Positions 19,568-29,275 of a DNA stretch of 64,000 bases are shown piece by piece; within the stretch, counting starts at the first letter, position 1; every line of letters begins with the position of its first letter. Location of the stretch: assembly GCA_965222575.1 (NCBI GenBank), contig OZ244958.1, positions 64,001 through 128,000 of the forward strand. The letters are read 5' to 3'. Origin of the DNA: Alphaproteobacteria bacterium. GTDB lineage: Bacteria > Pseudomonadota > Alphaproteobacteria > G965222575. A program made the translations under genes and the position numbers. The notes beneath the pieces were generated by a model. It did no database searches and was not told the DNA's origin. It was given only the letters and a program-made list of their open reading frames with translations.

Positions 19568-21387
19568 TTTCTGTCAAAGATTTGATGAATATCGCTAAGT
19601 TTTAGCTCAACGAAGGTAGGACGACCATGATTACATTGTCCCGCTAAGACGGTCTTCTCCATTTTTCGTAGCAAAGCATTCATTTCCTCCAAAGACAATT
19701 TTCGCCCCGCCCGCACACTATGGTGACAAGCAATAGAAGACAAGAGCTGCTGAATCTCTGCCGCTAGCCCTGTCTTACTCCCCCACAAGACAAGTTCAGA
19801 GGCTAGTCTTTTCACGAGAGCCTCCATATCACAAGACTCTAAAACCGCAGGAAAAGCTCTCACAACCACAGCCTCTTCCCCAAACGCTTCAAGGAGAAGT
19901 CCCTGTTCTTTCAACGACAGCACCTGATTCACTAAAGCTTCTTTATCTTCCAAAGATAACTGTACAACAAGAGGAACCGCCAAGACTTGTTGTTGAATGC
20001 CCCCTTTCTCCAGTTGTTGCTTCAGTGTTTCCAACACAATGCGTTCATGAGCAGCATGTTGGTCTATGAAAACAATCCCATCAGGTTTTTGTGCAATGAT
20101 ATAGGTGGTATGAATCTGCGCAAGTGCAGTCCCCAAGGGAAGAGACGGCCCCAAAATCTCCTTTGTAACAGGGGGCAAGGGCGCAAGAGTCTTAAGGGCA
20201 CGGGTGACAACAGAAGTAGAAAGATGACGACTTTTCGAAGGGAGAGACCCTAGTGCGGAGGGCCGCAAGCTAGCAGGGAGTGCTTTTGCTACTGCTTGAG
20301 GCATTGTTGTTGTTGGAGAACGTAGTCGGGTCACCGCCTCTTGTGAGAGGTTAGTAGGAGAAATAAGAGGCGCTGATTTGAGAACAGATATCAGAGACTG
20401 TACGATAAAATGAAAAACCCCTTGGGGGTTACGAAACCGTAATTCCTGTTTGGCGGGGTGGACATTCACATCCACCTCCTCAAGCGGCAGGAACAAAGCC
20501 AATAAAACAGGACAGACTTTCCCTTGCCCTACGATACCTTGATAAGCTGTCCGCAGGATTTGTGCGAGGAGTCTATCTCTGATGGGACGTTTATTGACTA
20601 AGACATGCTGGCAACGCGTATCACTCCCATGGAAAGTAGGCACCCCAACAGCACCATAAAGAGAAAACGGCTCTCTTTTAACAGCTACAGGGACAGCATT
20701 GGGAAGAAATTGCCCGTTCATTAAGGTATCGTAGCGCTTAACAGAAGCCTTTGCGAAGGCGAAGTTATCACCTTGCGTATAGGGAACTGTTGGAAGTGTT
20801 AAGACCTCCCTTTTTCCTGACTGTACGCGAAAAGCGATGGAAGGGGCTGATAGTCCTAAAGACTTCACAACATTTAACACTTTATGGCTTTCCGTTGCAT
20901 CAGAACGGAGAAAGCGCCGCCGCGCCGGCAGATTATAAAATAAGTCCTCCACACTCACTGTACACCCTCTATCTCGGGCTACTGGCGCAAGAGGGCTTAC
21001 CCGCCCGCCCCTTACCTCAAGAGACCACCCTCCCTCATTGTCCATAGCAGAAGAAATTTTCATCTTAGAGACCGCTCCAATGGAAGGCAAAGCTTCTCCA
21101 CGAAAACCCCGATACTTGATAGCATGGAACTGATTCTTCTCAAGCTTAGAGGTTGTGTTCGGTAAGGCACACAAAGCCACTTCCTCCTTATTCATGCCCT
21201 TCCCATTGTCTTTTATCACAAGCTTGCTCTTACCCCCCTGTTGCATGGTGATACTCACAGAGGACGCTTGTGCGTCAATAGCGTTATCTACACATTCTCG
21301 TACAATGGAAAACGGCCCTTCAATGACCTCTCCAGCAGCAACCTGAGAAATTTCCAACAGGGAAAGTTTTCGAATACGAGAAGCCAT
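19564..21387 (-). CDS. mutL: DNA mismatch repair protein MutL
   Basis: AAGEVIE, GFRGEALPSI, VDVNVHPAK, DQHAAHER, CNHGRPT. Confidence 0.97.
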   Translation of the reverse strand: MASRIRKLSLLEISQVAAGEVIEGPFSIVRECVDNAIDAQASSVSITMQQGGKSKLVIKDNGKGMNKEEVALCALPNTTSKLEKNQFHAIKYRGFRGEALPSIGAVSKMKISSAMDNEGGWSLEVRGGRVSPLAPVARDRGCTVSVEDLFYNLPARRRFLRSDATESHKVLNVVKSLGLSAPSIAFRVQSGKREVLTLPTVPYTQGDNFAFAKASVKRYDTLMNGQFLPNAVPVAVKREPFSLYGAVGVPTFHGSDTRCQHVLVNKRPIRDRLLAQILRTAYQGIVGQGKVCPVLLALFLPLEEVDVNVHPAKQELRFRNPQGVFHFIVQSLISVLKSAPLISPTNLSQEAVTRLRSPTTTMPQAVAKALPASLRPSALGSLPSKSRHLSTSVVTRALKTLAPLPPVTKEILGPSLPLGTALAQIHTTYIIAQKPDGIVFIDQHAAHERIVLETLKQQLEKGGIQQQVLAVPLVVQLSLEDKEALVNQVLSLKEQGLLLEAFGEEAVVVRAFPAVLESCDMEALVKRLASELVLWGSKTGLAAEIQQLLSSIACHHSVRAGRKLSLEEMNALLRKMEKTVLAGQCNHGRPTFVELKLSDIHQIFDRK

Positions 21388-21396
21388 CCTTCCTCC

Positions 21397-21801
21397 TCAA
21401 GAGTCTTCTTCAAGAGACGTGAGTATCAAAGCAGCAGAATTGATACAATACCTAAGTCCCGTAGGATTAGGGCCATCACGAAAAACATGTCCTAGATGAG
21501 CCTCACACCGACGACAAAGGACTTCTTCGCGGCGCCTCCCAGTTGAAAAGTCCGCTTTCGTCATCACCGCTTTTTGCAACGATTGAAAAAAACTTGGCCA
21601 TCCCGTTCCAGAATCATACTTCGCCTTTGAGGAAAACAACGCAAGAGCGCAGCATTTACAGATATAGACTCCCGGCGCGGTTTCCTGATAATATAAGTTC
21701 TGAAAGGGGGGTTCCGTTTGACCACCCCTTGTGACGTCAAATGTCTCCTTATCCAGTATTTTTTTCCAATCCTTTCTCTTATACACTTCAGACATAGACA
21801 A
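21397..21801 (-). CDS. msrB: Peptide-methionine (R)-S-oxide reductase
   Basis: SGTGWPSF, HLGHVF, RYCINS. Confidence 0.96.
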   Translation of the reverse strand: MSMSEVYKRKDWKKILDKETFDVTRGGQTEPPFQNLYYQETAPGVYICKCCALALFSSKAKYDSGTGWPSFFQSLQKAVMTKADFSTGRRREEVLCRRCEAHLGHVFRDGPNPTGLRYCINSAALILTSLEEDS

Positions 21802-21883
21802 AAACTCCCAAGTACCCTGTCACATCCCCCTCCTACTACATCTTAGACTATGACATGCTTTCTGTAAATCTCTCTCTCTAAAC

Positions 21884-22621
21884 ATGTCTTCTTTTTTCAT
21901 AGCAGGGAACTGGAAAATGAACGGCTCAAAGGCTCTTGCCCGCGAGATTCTACAGGGACTGCCAGAAGAGCTAGAAGGCATAGAAGTGATTGTATTCCCC
22001 CCTTTCCCCTTATTAGGGGCATGCCGGGAAGGTGCGGTTTCTCTAGGCGGACAAAACTGTGGCCCCAAAGAATCCGGGCCTTATACAGGAGAGGTCAGTC
22101 CTGCTCTACTGAAGGAAGAGGGATGCGATTATGTCTTATTAGGTCACAGTGAACGCCGCCTGCTAGGAGAACCCGTACCACTCATCACACAGAAAATTCA
22201 AGCCGCCTTATCAGCCGGACTAACGCCTATTTTATGCTGTGGAGAAGAGGAAAAAGATATCCAAAACGGCACAATTGAAACCACACTCTCTCACCAGCTA
22301 TCTTCCTTAAAAGAGAGTGTGAAGATGCTCCAAGACAACAAGCCGCTCCTAGTGGCTTACGAACCTGTATGGGCAATCGGAACAGGACAAGTCGCACAGG
22401 TAAAAGACATTATCAACCGAAAACAGTTCATCCAACAGTATCTCCAACACCTGAACATTTCTTCTTTCCATTTTCTCTACGGTGGGTCTGTCACAGGAAA
22501 GACAGTCCCAACACTCATGCAAGCAAGACTCAATGGCTTTTTAATAGGAGGAGCTAGCCTGAAACAAAAGGATTTTTCAGCAATTCTCCTCTCAACAGCT
22601 AAAGTCTTATCTACCCTCTGA
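21884..22621 (+). CDS. tpiA: Triosephosphate isomerase
   Basis: AGNWKMNG, GHSERR, AYEPVWAIGTG, YGGSV, IGGASL. Confidence 0.97.
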   Translation: MSSFFIAGNWKMNGSKALAREILQGLPEELEGIEVIVFPPFPLLGACREGAVSLGGQNCGPKESGPYTGEVSPALLKEEGCDYVLLGHSERRLLGEPVPLITQKIQAALSAGLTPILCCGEEEKDIQNGTIETTLSHQLSSLKESVKMLQDNKPLLVAYEPVWAIGTGQVAQVKDIINRKQFIQQYLQHLNISSFHFLYGGSVTGKTVPTLMQARLNGFLIGGASLKQKDFSAILLSTAKVLSTL

Positions 22622-22680
22622 TAATAGACCCCCTAACCCTATGAATTTTCTTCCCTTTATATATTTAACGCTAAGCCCTC

Positions 22681-22709
22681 TTGCCAATAAAAGAAAATCA
22701 TTGTATAAA
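22681..22709 (+). promoter_or_regulatory. Probable promoter of tRNA-Gly/tuf
   Basis: TTGCCA-N17-TATAAA, 37 nt before tRNA-Gly. Confidence 0.5.
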
Positions 22710-22746
22710 TTATTGTACAACCTGTTAACAGTATCGCATGGGCGAT

Positions 22747-22817
22747 GCGGGTGTAGCTCAATGGTAGAGCCCCAGCCTTCCAAGCTGGTCATGTGGGTTC
22801 GATTCCCATCACCCGCT
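22747..22817 (+). tRNA. tRNA-Gly (TCC), CCA not encoded
   Basis: GCGGGTG/CACCCGC acceptor stem, CCAGC-CT-TCC-AA-GCTGG anticodon arm, GGTTCGATTCC. Confidence 0.95.
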
Positions 22818-22854
22818 CTTTTGAGAACTAAAATAAGACGTAAGGAGAAGTAGT

Positions 22855-24045
22855 ATGGCCAAGAAGAAGTTTGAAAGGAACAAGCCGCACTGCAACATAG
22901 GGACTATAGGTCATGTTGACCATGGGAAGACCACATTGACAGCAGCTATCACGAAAGTGTTAGGGGAAAAGGGGCAAGCGGATTTCAAGGGGTATGACCA
23001 GATTGACAATGCCCCAGAGGAGAAGGCGCGTGGTATTACTATTTCTACGGCTCATGTGGAGTATGAGACGGACAAGAGGCACTATGCTCATGTTGACTGT
23101 CCTGGACATGCGGACTATGTGAAGAATATGATTACTGGTGCAGCACAGATGGACGGGGCTATATTGGTAGTGAGTGCTGCTGATGGTCCTATGCCGCAGA
23201 CGCGGGAGCATATTTTGCTAGCCCGTCAAGTAGGGGTACCCGCTATTGTGGTGTATCTGAACAAGAGTGACCAGGTAGAGGATCAAGAGCTTGTGGACTT
23301 AGTGGAGTTAGAGATACGGGAGTTATTGAGTAAGTATGAATTTCCTGGGGATGACATTCCTATTGTGAAGGGGTCTGCTTTATTAGCGTTAGAAGGGAAG
23401 TCCCCGGAGAGTGGGGAAAAGTCTATTGAAGAGTTGATGAAACAGATTGATGAGACGATACCTCAACCTTTAAGGCCTAAGGACAAAGATTTTCTGATGC
23501 CTATAGAAGATGTATTTTCTATTTCAGGACGAGGGACTGTTGTGACGGGGCGTATAGAGAGGGGGATTGTACGTGTTGGGGACAATGTTGAGATAGTGGG
23601 GTTAAAAGAGACGCAGAAGACGACCTGTACGGGTGTAGAGATGTTTAGGAAGCTTCTTGATGAAGGCATGGCGGGAGACAATGTTGGGGTATTGTTAAGA
23701 GGTATTGACAGAGAGGCTGTACAGAGGGGACAAGTTTTGTCTAAGCCGGGGAGTATTACGCCACACACGCAATTTACAGCGGAGGCGTATATTTTGACGA
23801 AAGAAGAAGGGGGACGTCATACGGCATTTTTTGGAAATTATCGCCCACAATTTTATTTTCGGACAACAGATGTGACTGGGACTATTAAGCTAGAGAAGGG
23901 GGTTGAGATGGTGATGCCGGGAGACAATGTGAACATTGAAGTAGAGCTTTATGTCCCTATAGCCATGGATGAAGGGTTAAGGTTTGCTATTCGTGAAGGG
24001 GGCAGAACTGTTGGGGCAGGCGTCGTTACAAAAATCCTAAAATAG
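22855..24045 (+). CDS. tuf: Elongation factor Tu
   Basis: [29 protein letters not shown]; canonical over the full length. Confidence 0.99.
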   Translation: MAKKKFERNKPHCNIGTIGHVDHGKTTLTAAITKVLGEKGQADFKGYDQIDNAPEEKARGITISTAHVEYETDKRHYAHVDCPGHADYVKNMITGAAQMDGAILVVSAADGPMPQTREHILLARQVGVPAIVVYLNKSDQVEDQELVDLVELEIRELLSKYEFPGDDIPIVKGSALLALEGKSPESGEKSIEELMKQIDETIPQPLRPKDKDFLMPIEDVFSISGRGTVVTGRIERGIVRVGDNVEIVGLKETQKTTCTGVEMFRKLLDEGMAGDNVGVLLRGIDREAVQRGQVLSKPGSITPHTQFTAEAYILTKEEGGRHTAFFGNYRPQFYFRTTDVTGTIKLEKGVEMVMPGDNVNIEVELYVPIAMDEGLRFAIREGGRTVGAGVVTKILK

Positions 24046-24079
24046 AGGCTCCTAAAATTCAATATCAAGGGATTTTGGA

Positions 24080-24152
24080 AGGAGTGTAGCTCAACTGGCA
24101 GAGCACCGGTCTCCAAAACCGGAGGTTGTGGGTTCGACCCCCTCCACTCCTG
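24080..24152 (+). tRNA. tRNA-Trp (CCA anticodon)
   Basis: AGGAGTG/CACTCCT stem, CCGGT-CT-CCA-AA-ACCGG. Confidence 0.92.
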
Positions 24153-24232
24153 CTTAACCTTCAGTGTGTGTAAAAGACAGTGTAGTTGCTTTTGTGAAGT
24201 GATGTTGTTAGACTAAATGGTCTTTGGTTGTA

Positions 24233-24309
24233 GGGGGTGTAGCTCAGTTGGTTAGAGCGCTGGCCTGTCACGCCAGAGGCCGCGGGTTCGAGTCCCGTCA
24301 CTCCCGCCA
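24233..24309 (+). tRNA. tRNA-Asp (GTC)
   Basis: GGGGGTG/CACTCCC stem, CTGGC-CT-GTC-AC-GCCAG, encoded CCA. Confidence 0.95.
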
Positions 24310-24360
24310 GCTTTAGGTGCTGAGGAAGGTGAAAGAATGTAAAGTGATAAAAAGTGGTAA

Positions 24361-24437
24361 GCGTCCTTAGCTCAGTTGGATAGAGCGGCGGACTTCTAAT
24401 CCGCAGGTCGGAGGTTCGAGTCCTCCAGGACGCGCCA
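24361..24437 (+). tRNA. tRNA-Arg (TCT)
   Basis: GCGTCCT/AGGACGC stem, GCGGA-CT-TCT-AA-TCCGC, encoded CCA. Confidence 0.95.
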
Positions 24438-24454
24438 GTTAAGGAGAGGTAGAG

Positions 24455-25045
24455 ATGAAAAAGAGTCGAGATGATACCAAAGCCCTTTCTGCCATTCGGG
24501 TGTTGTTGGAATGGATGGGGGAGGATCCAGACAGGGAAGGTCTGCAGGATACGCCTAAGCGGGTTTTAGGGGCTTATGAGGAATTTTTTCAAGGGTATGG
24601 GGTTAATCCCTGTGAAGTTTTATCCAAGACTTTTGTGAATGAGGAAGGGTATAAGGGTTTAGTTGTGGTTAAGAACATAGAGTTTTGTTCTCATTGTGAG
24701 CATCATATGCTTCCTATTATGGGTCGAGCACATATAGGGTATTTGCCTAGGGAAAAGATTGTTGGGATTAGCAAGTTAGGTCGTTTAGTGGATATATTTG
24801 CGCGTCGTCTTCAGACGCAAGAGAGGTTAACGGAGCAGATTGCGCAAATCTTGGAGGAGGTACTTTTGCCTGCTGGAGTAGCAGTATTAGTGGATGCGGT
24901 TCATCATTGTATGAGCATACGCGGGGTTTACAAGAGGAAGAGTTCAACTGTTACGACGAGTATGAAAGGGTTATTTTTGGAAGAAGCGGGTTTGAGGGAG
25001 GAATTTTTTTCCTCTTTGGGCGAGTCGCGTTCAAACGGAGTGTAG
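24455..25045 (+). CDS. folE: GTP cyclohydrolase I
   Basis: REGLQDTPKRV, SHCEHH, GISKL, RLQTQE, HHCMSIRG. Confidence 0.96.
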   Translation: MKKSRDDTKALSAIRVLLEWMGEDPDREGLQDTPKRVLGAYEEFFQGYGVNPCEVLSKTFVNEEGYKGLVVVKNIEFCSHCEHHMLPIMGRAHIGYLPREKIVGISKLGRLVDIFARRLQTQERLTEQIAQILEEVLLPAGVAVLVDAVHHCMSIRGVYKRKSSTVTTSMKGLFLEEAGLREEFFSSLGESRSNGV

Positions 25046-25109
25046 CGCAGTCAGGTAGCGCACTTGTCTGGGGGACAAGGGGTCGTGGGTTCAAATCCCG
25101 CCACTCCGA
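25036..25109 (+). tRNA. tRNA-Pro (GGG), overlapping the folE stop codon
   Basis: CGGAGTG/CACTCCG stem, CTTGT-CT-GGG-GG-ACAAG, GGTTCAAATCC. Confidence 0.93.
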
Positions 25110-25180
25110 CATTTTTTTCGTTTAGGCAGCACTTGGGGTTGCGAGAGGTGAAAATTGGCAATCCAACCATGAGGGGTTGC

Positions 25181-25226
25181 AAGTTACTTGTATCTACTAG
25201 TATACCACATTGAACAAAATTATTGC
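25181..25226. repeat. 46-bp imperfect direct repeat, second copy at 31521-31566
   Basis: AAGTTACTTGTATCTACTAGTATACCACATTGAACAAAATTATTGC vs GAGTTACTAGTACATACTAGTATGCCCCATGGAACAGAATTATTGC; 38/46 identical; both end in an ankyrin-type stop region. Confidence 0.75.
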
Positions 25227-25570
25227 TTGCTTGTCAGATACTCTATCACCTCAGAGAGGCGCTTCTTTTTTTCTTCGTCTGTTGTTTTTGTTAATGCTAA
25301 TGCCTGCTCTGCCACATGGAGCGGTGTCTCGCCGCCCTTGTTCTTTGCATTCACATCCGCCGCCCACGCCACCACCACAAGGAATACCACAACCTCCTTG
25401 TGCCCAAAATAGTTGTGCCAAAAATAGTATGCACTATGGAGGAGCGTGCCCCCTTGTTTTTCAGATACGCTATCACCTCAGAGAGGTGCTTCTTTTTTTC
25501 TTCGTCTGTTGTTTCTCTTTCTAATGCCCACTCTGCCCAATAGAGCGGTGTCAAGCTGTATTTGTTGTTG
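25220..25570 (-). pseudogene. Two tandem orphan ankyrin 3'-end fragments
   Basis: GETPLHVAEQALALTKTTDEEKKKRLSEVIEYLTSKQ* and LTPLYWAEWALERETTDEEKKKHLSEVIAYLKNKGA; both match the C-terminus of ORF 27634-29181. Confidence 0.85.
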
Positions 25571-25724
25571 ATGTTTAAGAACACAAGGGCGATATTCGGT
25601 AGAGAAGTTAAGCCCTTTCAATGGATAAGGGGAGATTATGTTCATCTTCCTCCATAAAAGGCATATAGGTGCACACAGAAATGGGCATATCACTCAGGAG
25701 AAAACAAGTCCTAGTAGCATGATG

Positions 25725-27461
25725 TTATTTAGATGACTGTGAAGTATTAAAGAAGCCCTTTATATCATTAATCCATTTTTGTACTTCTGCTTCATTACTA
25801 AACATATTATTGATTTCACATTTTTCTACAACATACTTTGCTAATCTCACCTTGTATTTTGTCAAGCATTTTAGAGCAAAAAGAGGAGGCTTCTTCTTCA
25901 ATTTCTTATAGTATGCCTTAATCTTACTAGGTAAGGAAGAATCCAGTTTACGATCCTTTAACCATTCTTGTTTTTCAGCATGCTCCCAAACCTCTTCAGA
26001 ATAAAGCATTTCAAGATGCGTAGGAAACTCCTTTTTTTCTACTCCTTGGATTCCTGTGAATTCTTTGTACTGTTTCGTTTCAGGCACAGTAAAATAGCAA
26101 ACACAGTTCTTCGTATCTGGTTTTTTCTTCACATCTCCATCTACAATAACAGCAATTTGCCTATTTTGAATCTGCTGCTTTCGAAGGGTTCTTACACATT
26201 GGTTAATATTGCTCTCACCTCCACACTCCAAAATACTTACTTTATTTTGCTTGAAAAGCTCCTCAAAAAATATCTTGTCACTTTCACCCTCTACAAGAAT
26301 AATCGACCCCTTTATCTCTTGTAGCTTCTCTTCCATTTCATTACGCTCCCTTATCACTTCTGCTAGTCGAGGTAATATCCCCATTTCCTTTTCGTACTCT
26401 TCTCTGTCTTTCTCATCTACAAATTTTGTCTCATTTTCTTCATCTTTTGAAACATAATACAGAACTCTTCTTGTTTTCTTTGAAGAATCATAGAAAACAG
26501 GCGAATGCGTTGTAATTAAGGCTTGTTGAATATTCTTTCCAACACATTCTTTATAAATTACGTTTTGAAGATTCATACAACTAGAAATCTCCAAGCTGTT
26601 CTCTGGTTCTTCATATCCCCAAATAAATGTATAAGGGGGAGAACCACGAGATTTAGTTCTTTGGCTCTGTTCCACTATAAAGGAAAGAATATGAGGAATG
26701 TGTTGGGCTTGAATTCCATCTCCTCTTTGGAGTAACTCAACTCCTGTTTCAGGGTCAAGAAACTCTAGATGCTTAAAAATTTCTCTTAGATTCTTAGGTA
26801 AAACAAGCTGGCTTTTGAAGTCTAGTGCTTTTTTAAGACTCTCTTCTAAAATCTTAGAGTGGTCTTGAATAGATTTCTCAAAGCTTTCTCCTGCTTCCTG
26901 AAAGGATTTCGCCGCAAACTCTGCTAAGGCATCATACAGCTCACCTCGCAAATGAGCAAAATATGTTCTATCTTTAATTGCTGGAATATACTTAAAGCGA
27001 ATACGCTTGAGTGCCGCACCTACTCTAGTATGTTTCCCAAGAGTAGTCTTACGCTCTCTGTCTTTTGCCTCTCTCTTTTTCAGTTCAAGGCCATATTGAT
27101 CGAATACAGGTTCGTTTTGATTTTTCCTCCATGCCTTTCCCCACTTTAGATTCTTGCTTCCTATTCTCTTGTGATAACTCTTTGGAATACTGATCTCTAA
27201 TTCCACGTAAATTTCTCTTGCCTTTTTTGATGAGTTTCCTTCTTTGTTAAAATCTATTTTGTTAAAATCTATATCAAAATTTAAGGCCTTACCTAAATCC
27301 GTTTCATCATTAAAAAATAGATTAAGAGCACGCAAAACATTGGATTTTCCTGTATCGTTCTTCCCAAAAAACAAAGAGATATCTTCAAGGTTTATTTTCG
27401 CTGTTTTGATAGACCTAAAGTTCTTGATGGTGATCTTTTGGATTTGAAAACCTTTACTCAT
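25725..27461 (-). CDS. OLD-family-like ATP-dependent nuclease (ABC ATPase + TOPRIM)
   Basis: IKNFRSI, GKNDTGKS (Walker A), YEEPENSL (Walker B/D-loop), ITTHSP, TOPRIM ILVEGESD and IVDGD; AT-rich. Confidence 0.8.
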   Translation of the reverse strand: MSKGFQIQKITIKNFRSIKTAKINLEDISLFFGKNDTGKSNVLRALNLFFNDETDLGKALNFDIDFNKIDFNKEGNSSKKAREIYVELEISIPKSYHKRIGSKNLKWGKAWRKNQNEPVFDQYGLELKKREAKDRERKTTLGKHTRVGAALKRIRFKYIPAIKDRTYFAHLRGELYDALAEFAAKSFQEAGESFEKSIQDHSKILEESLKKALDFKSQLVLPKNLREIFKHLEFLDPETGVELLQRGDGIQAQHIPHILSFIVEQSQRTKSRGSPPYTFIWGYEEPENSLEISSCMNLQNVIYKECVGKNIQQALITTHSPVFYDSSKKTRRVLYYVSKDEENETKFVDEKDREEYEKEMGILPRLAEVIRERNEMEEKLQEIKGSIILVEGESDKIFFEELFKQNKVSILECGGESNINQCVRTLRKQQIQNRQIAVIVDGDVKKKPDTKNCVCYFTVPETKQYKEFTGIQGVEKKEFPTHLEMLYSEEVWEHAEKQEWLKDRKLDSSLPSKIKAYYKKLKKKPPLFALKCLTKYKVRLAKYVVEKCEINNMFSNEAEVQKWINDIKGFFNTSQSSK

Positions 27462-27633
27462 TTATCACCCTTATAGGCACAAAAACTACTCATTAGGTCT
27501 GAGAAGGTAGGCATTTTGTGGTTCTTAAAGCCCTTCTCATCTACAAATAATAATCATACTTACTCTCTTTCTGCAAGCTATTCCTATCCGCACACCACTG
27601 ATTTAAGTGCTACTCTACACACAAAGGCAAGAT

Positions 27634-29181
27634 TTATTGCCCCCCCTTGCTTTTCAGATACTCTATCACCTCAGAGAGGCGCTTCTTTTTTTCTTCGTCT
27701 GTTGTTTCTTTTAATGCCTCCTCTGCCCTATGGAGCGGTGTCTCGCCGTACTTGTCCTGTGCATTCACATCTGCCCCCTTCTCCACTAGGAATGCCACTA
27801 CCTCCTTGTGTCCCTGATAGGCTGCCCTATGGAGCGGTGTCTCGCCGTACTTGTCCTTTGCATTCACATTAGACCCTGCTTTCACAAGAGCCTCCACCAC
27901 TTTTTTGTGTCCATGGTTAGCTGCCTTATGGAGCAGTGTCATGCCGTCCTCGTCCTTTGCATTCACATCCGCCCCCTTCTCTACAAAGAACTCCACAATC
28001 TCCTTGTGTCCATATCTGGCTGCCCTATTGAGCGGTGTCTCGCCGTACTTGTTCTGTGCATTCACCTCCGCTCCCTTCTCCACTAGGAACTCCACCACTG
28101 CCTTGTGCCCATTAAAGGCTGCCTTATGGAGCGGTGTGTTGCCGTGCTCGTCCTGTGCCTTCACATCCGCCCCCTTCTCCACTAGGAACTCCACCATCTT
28201 CAACTGCCCCTCATCGGCTGCCGTATGGAGCGGTGTCCAGCCGTCCTTGGCCTGTGCGTGGATATCAGCCCCCTTCTCCACTAGGAATGCCATTACCTCC
28301 TTGTGCCCATTAGAGGCTGCCCTATGGAGCGGTGTCATGCCAATAATGTTTTTTGCCTTCACCTCCGCCCCCTTCTCCACAAGAACCTCCGCTACTGCCT
28401 TATGTCCATGTCCAGCTGCCACATGGAGCGGTGTATCGCCGTACTTGTCCTTTGTATTCACATCCATCCCCGCTTCCAGTAGAGGTACCACCATCTCCTT
28501 GTCCTCCTCTGAGGCTACATAATGGAGCCATGTTCTGCCTTTCTCGTCCTGTGCCTTATCTGCCCCCTTCGTTATAAGAAACTCCACTACCTCCTTGTGT
28601 TCCCCATAGACTGCAAAATGGAGCGGTGTATCGCCGCCGTCCTTGGTCTTTGCCTTCACATCCGCCCTCGCTTCCACAAGAACTTCCACTATCTCCTTGT
28701 GTCCCCTATCGGCTGCCCAATGGAGCGGTGTCCAGCCGTCCGCTATGCCGTCCTTGATCTCTGCATTCACATCTGCCCCCTTCTCCACTAGAAACTCCAC
28801 TACCTCTTTATGTCCCTTATAGGCTGGCATATGGAGCGGTGTAAAGCCGAAGCCGCTCTTTGCATTCACATCTGCCCCCTTCGCCACTAGGAACTCCACC
28901 ACTTCTTTGTGTCCATTACTGGCTGCCCAATAGAGCGGTGTTAAGCCGCCCCAGCCTGCATTCACATATGCCCCCGCTTCCACAAGAACTTCCACTACCT
29001 CCTTGTGTCCCTTCTCGGCTGCCCAATAGAGAGGTGTTCTGCCTTTCTCGTCCTGTGCATTCACATCTGCCCCCTTCGCCACTAGGAATACCACTTCCTC
29101 CTTGTGTCCCTTCTCGGCTGCCCTATGGAGCGGTGTTCTGCCTTTCTCGTCCTGTGCCTTCACATCTTCCCCTTTCTTCAT
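27634..29181 (-). CDS. Ankyrin-repeat protein, about 14-15 repeats, no signal peptide
   Basis: Regular GxTPLHxAAxxGHKEVVEFLVEKGADVNA units. Confidence 0.95.
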   Translation of the reverse strand: MKKGEDVKAQDEKGRTPLHRAAEKGHKEEVVFLVAKGADVNAQDEKGRTPLYWAAEKGHKEVVEVLVEAGAYVNAGWGGLTPLYWAASNGHKEVVEFLVAKGADVNAKSGFGFTPLHMPAYKGHKEVVEFLVEKGADVNAEIKDGIADGWTPLHWAADRGHKEIVEVLVEARADVKAKTKDGGDTPLHFAVYGEHKEVVEFLITKGADKAQDEKGRTWLHYVASEEDKEMVVPLLEAGMDVNTKDKYGDTPLHVAAGHGHKAVAEVLVEKGAEVKAKNIIGMTPLHRAASNGHKEVMAFLVEKGADIHAQAKDGWTPLHTAADEGQLKMVEFLVEKGADVKAQDEHGNTPLHKAAFNGHKAVVEFLVEKGAEVNAQNKYGETPLNRAARYGHKEIVEFFVEKGADVNAKDEDGMTLLHKAANHGHKKVVEALVKAGSNVNAKDKYGETPLHRAAYQGHKEVVAFLVEKGADVNAQDKYGETPLHRAEEALKETTDEEKKKRLSEVIEYLKSKGGQ

Positions 29182-29224
29182 AAGACCTCCGCTACTGCCT
29201 TGTCCTATATTGTCATTCTGTTAG

Positions 29225-29252
29225 AGTATGACTCTCTCGGGTCTCCTGTCAA
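29225..29252 (-). promoter_or_regulatory. Putative promoter of ankyrin gene 29181
   Basis: TTGACA-N16-CATACT on the minus strand; GGAGG RBS before the ATG. Confidence 0.5.
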
Positions 29253-29275
29253 GTCAAGCCTTAAGACACAAAGGC
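29242..29275. repeat. 34-bp perfect direct repeat, second copy at 30378-30411
   Basis: TCTCCTGTCAAGTCAAGCCTTAAGACACAAAGGC at both sites, each adjacent to an ankyrin 3' end. Confidence 0.9.

Noticed and set aside
25725-27461. Gabija or retron system
   Set aside because: No GajB helicase, RT or msr/msd-like RNA nearby.
25220-27780. Diversity-generating retroelement TR/VR pair among the ankyrin tails
   Set aside because: Differences are not adenine-specific, include indels, and no reverse transcriptase is present.
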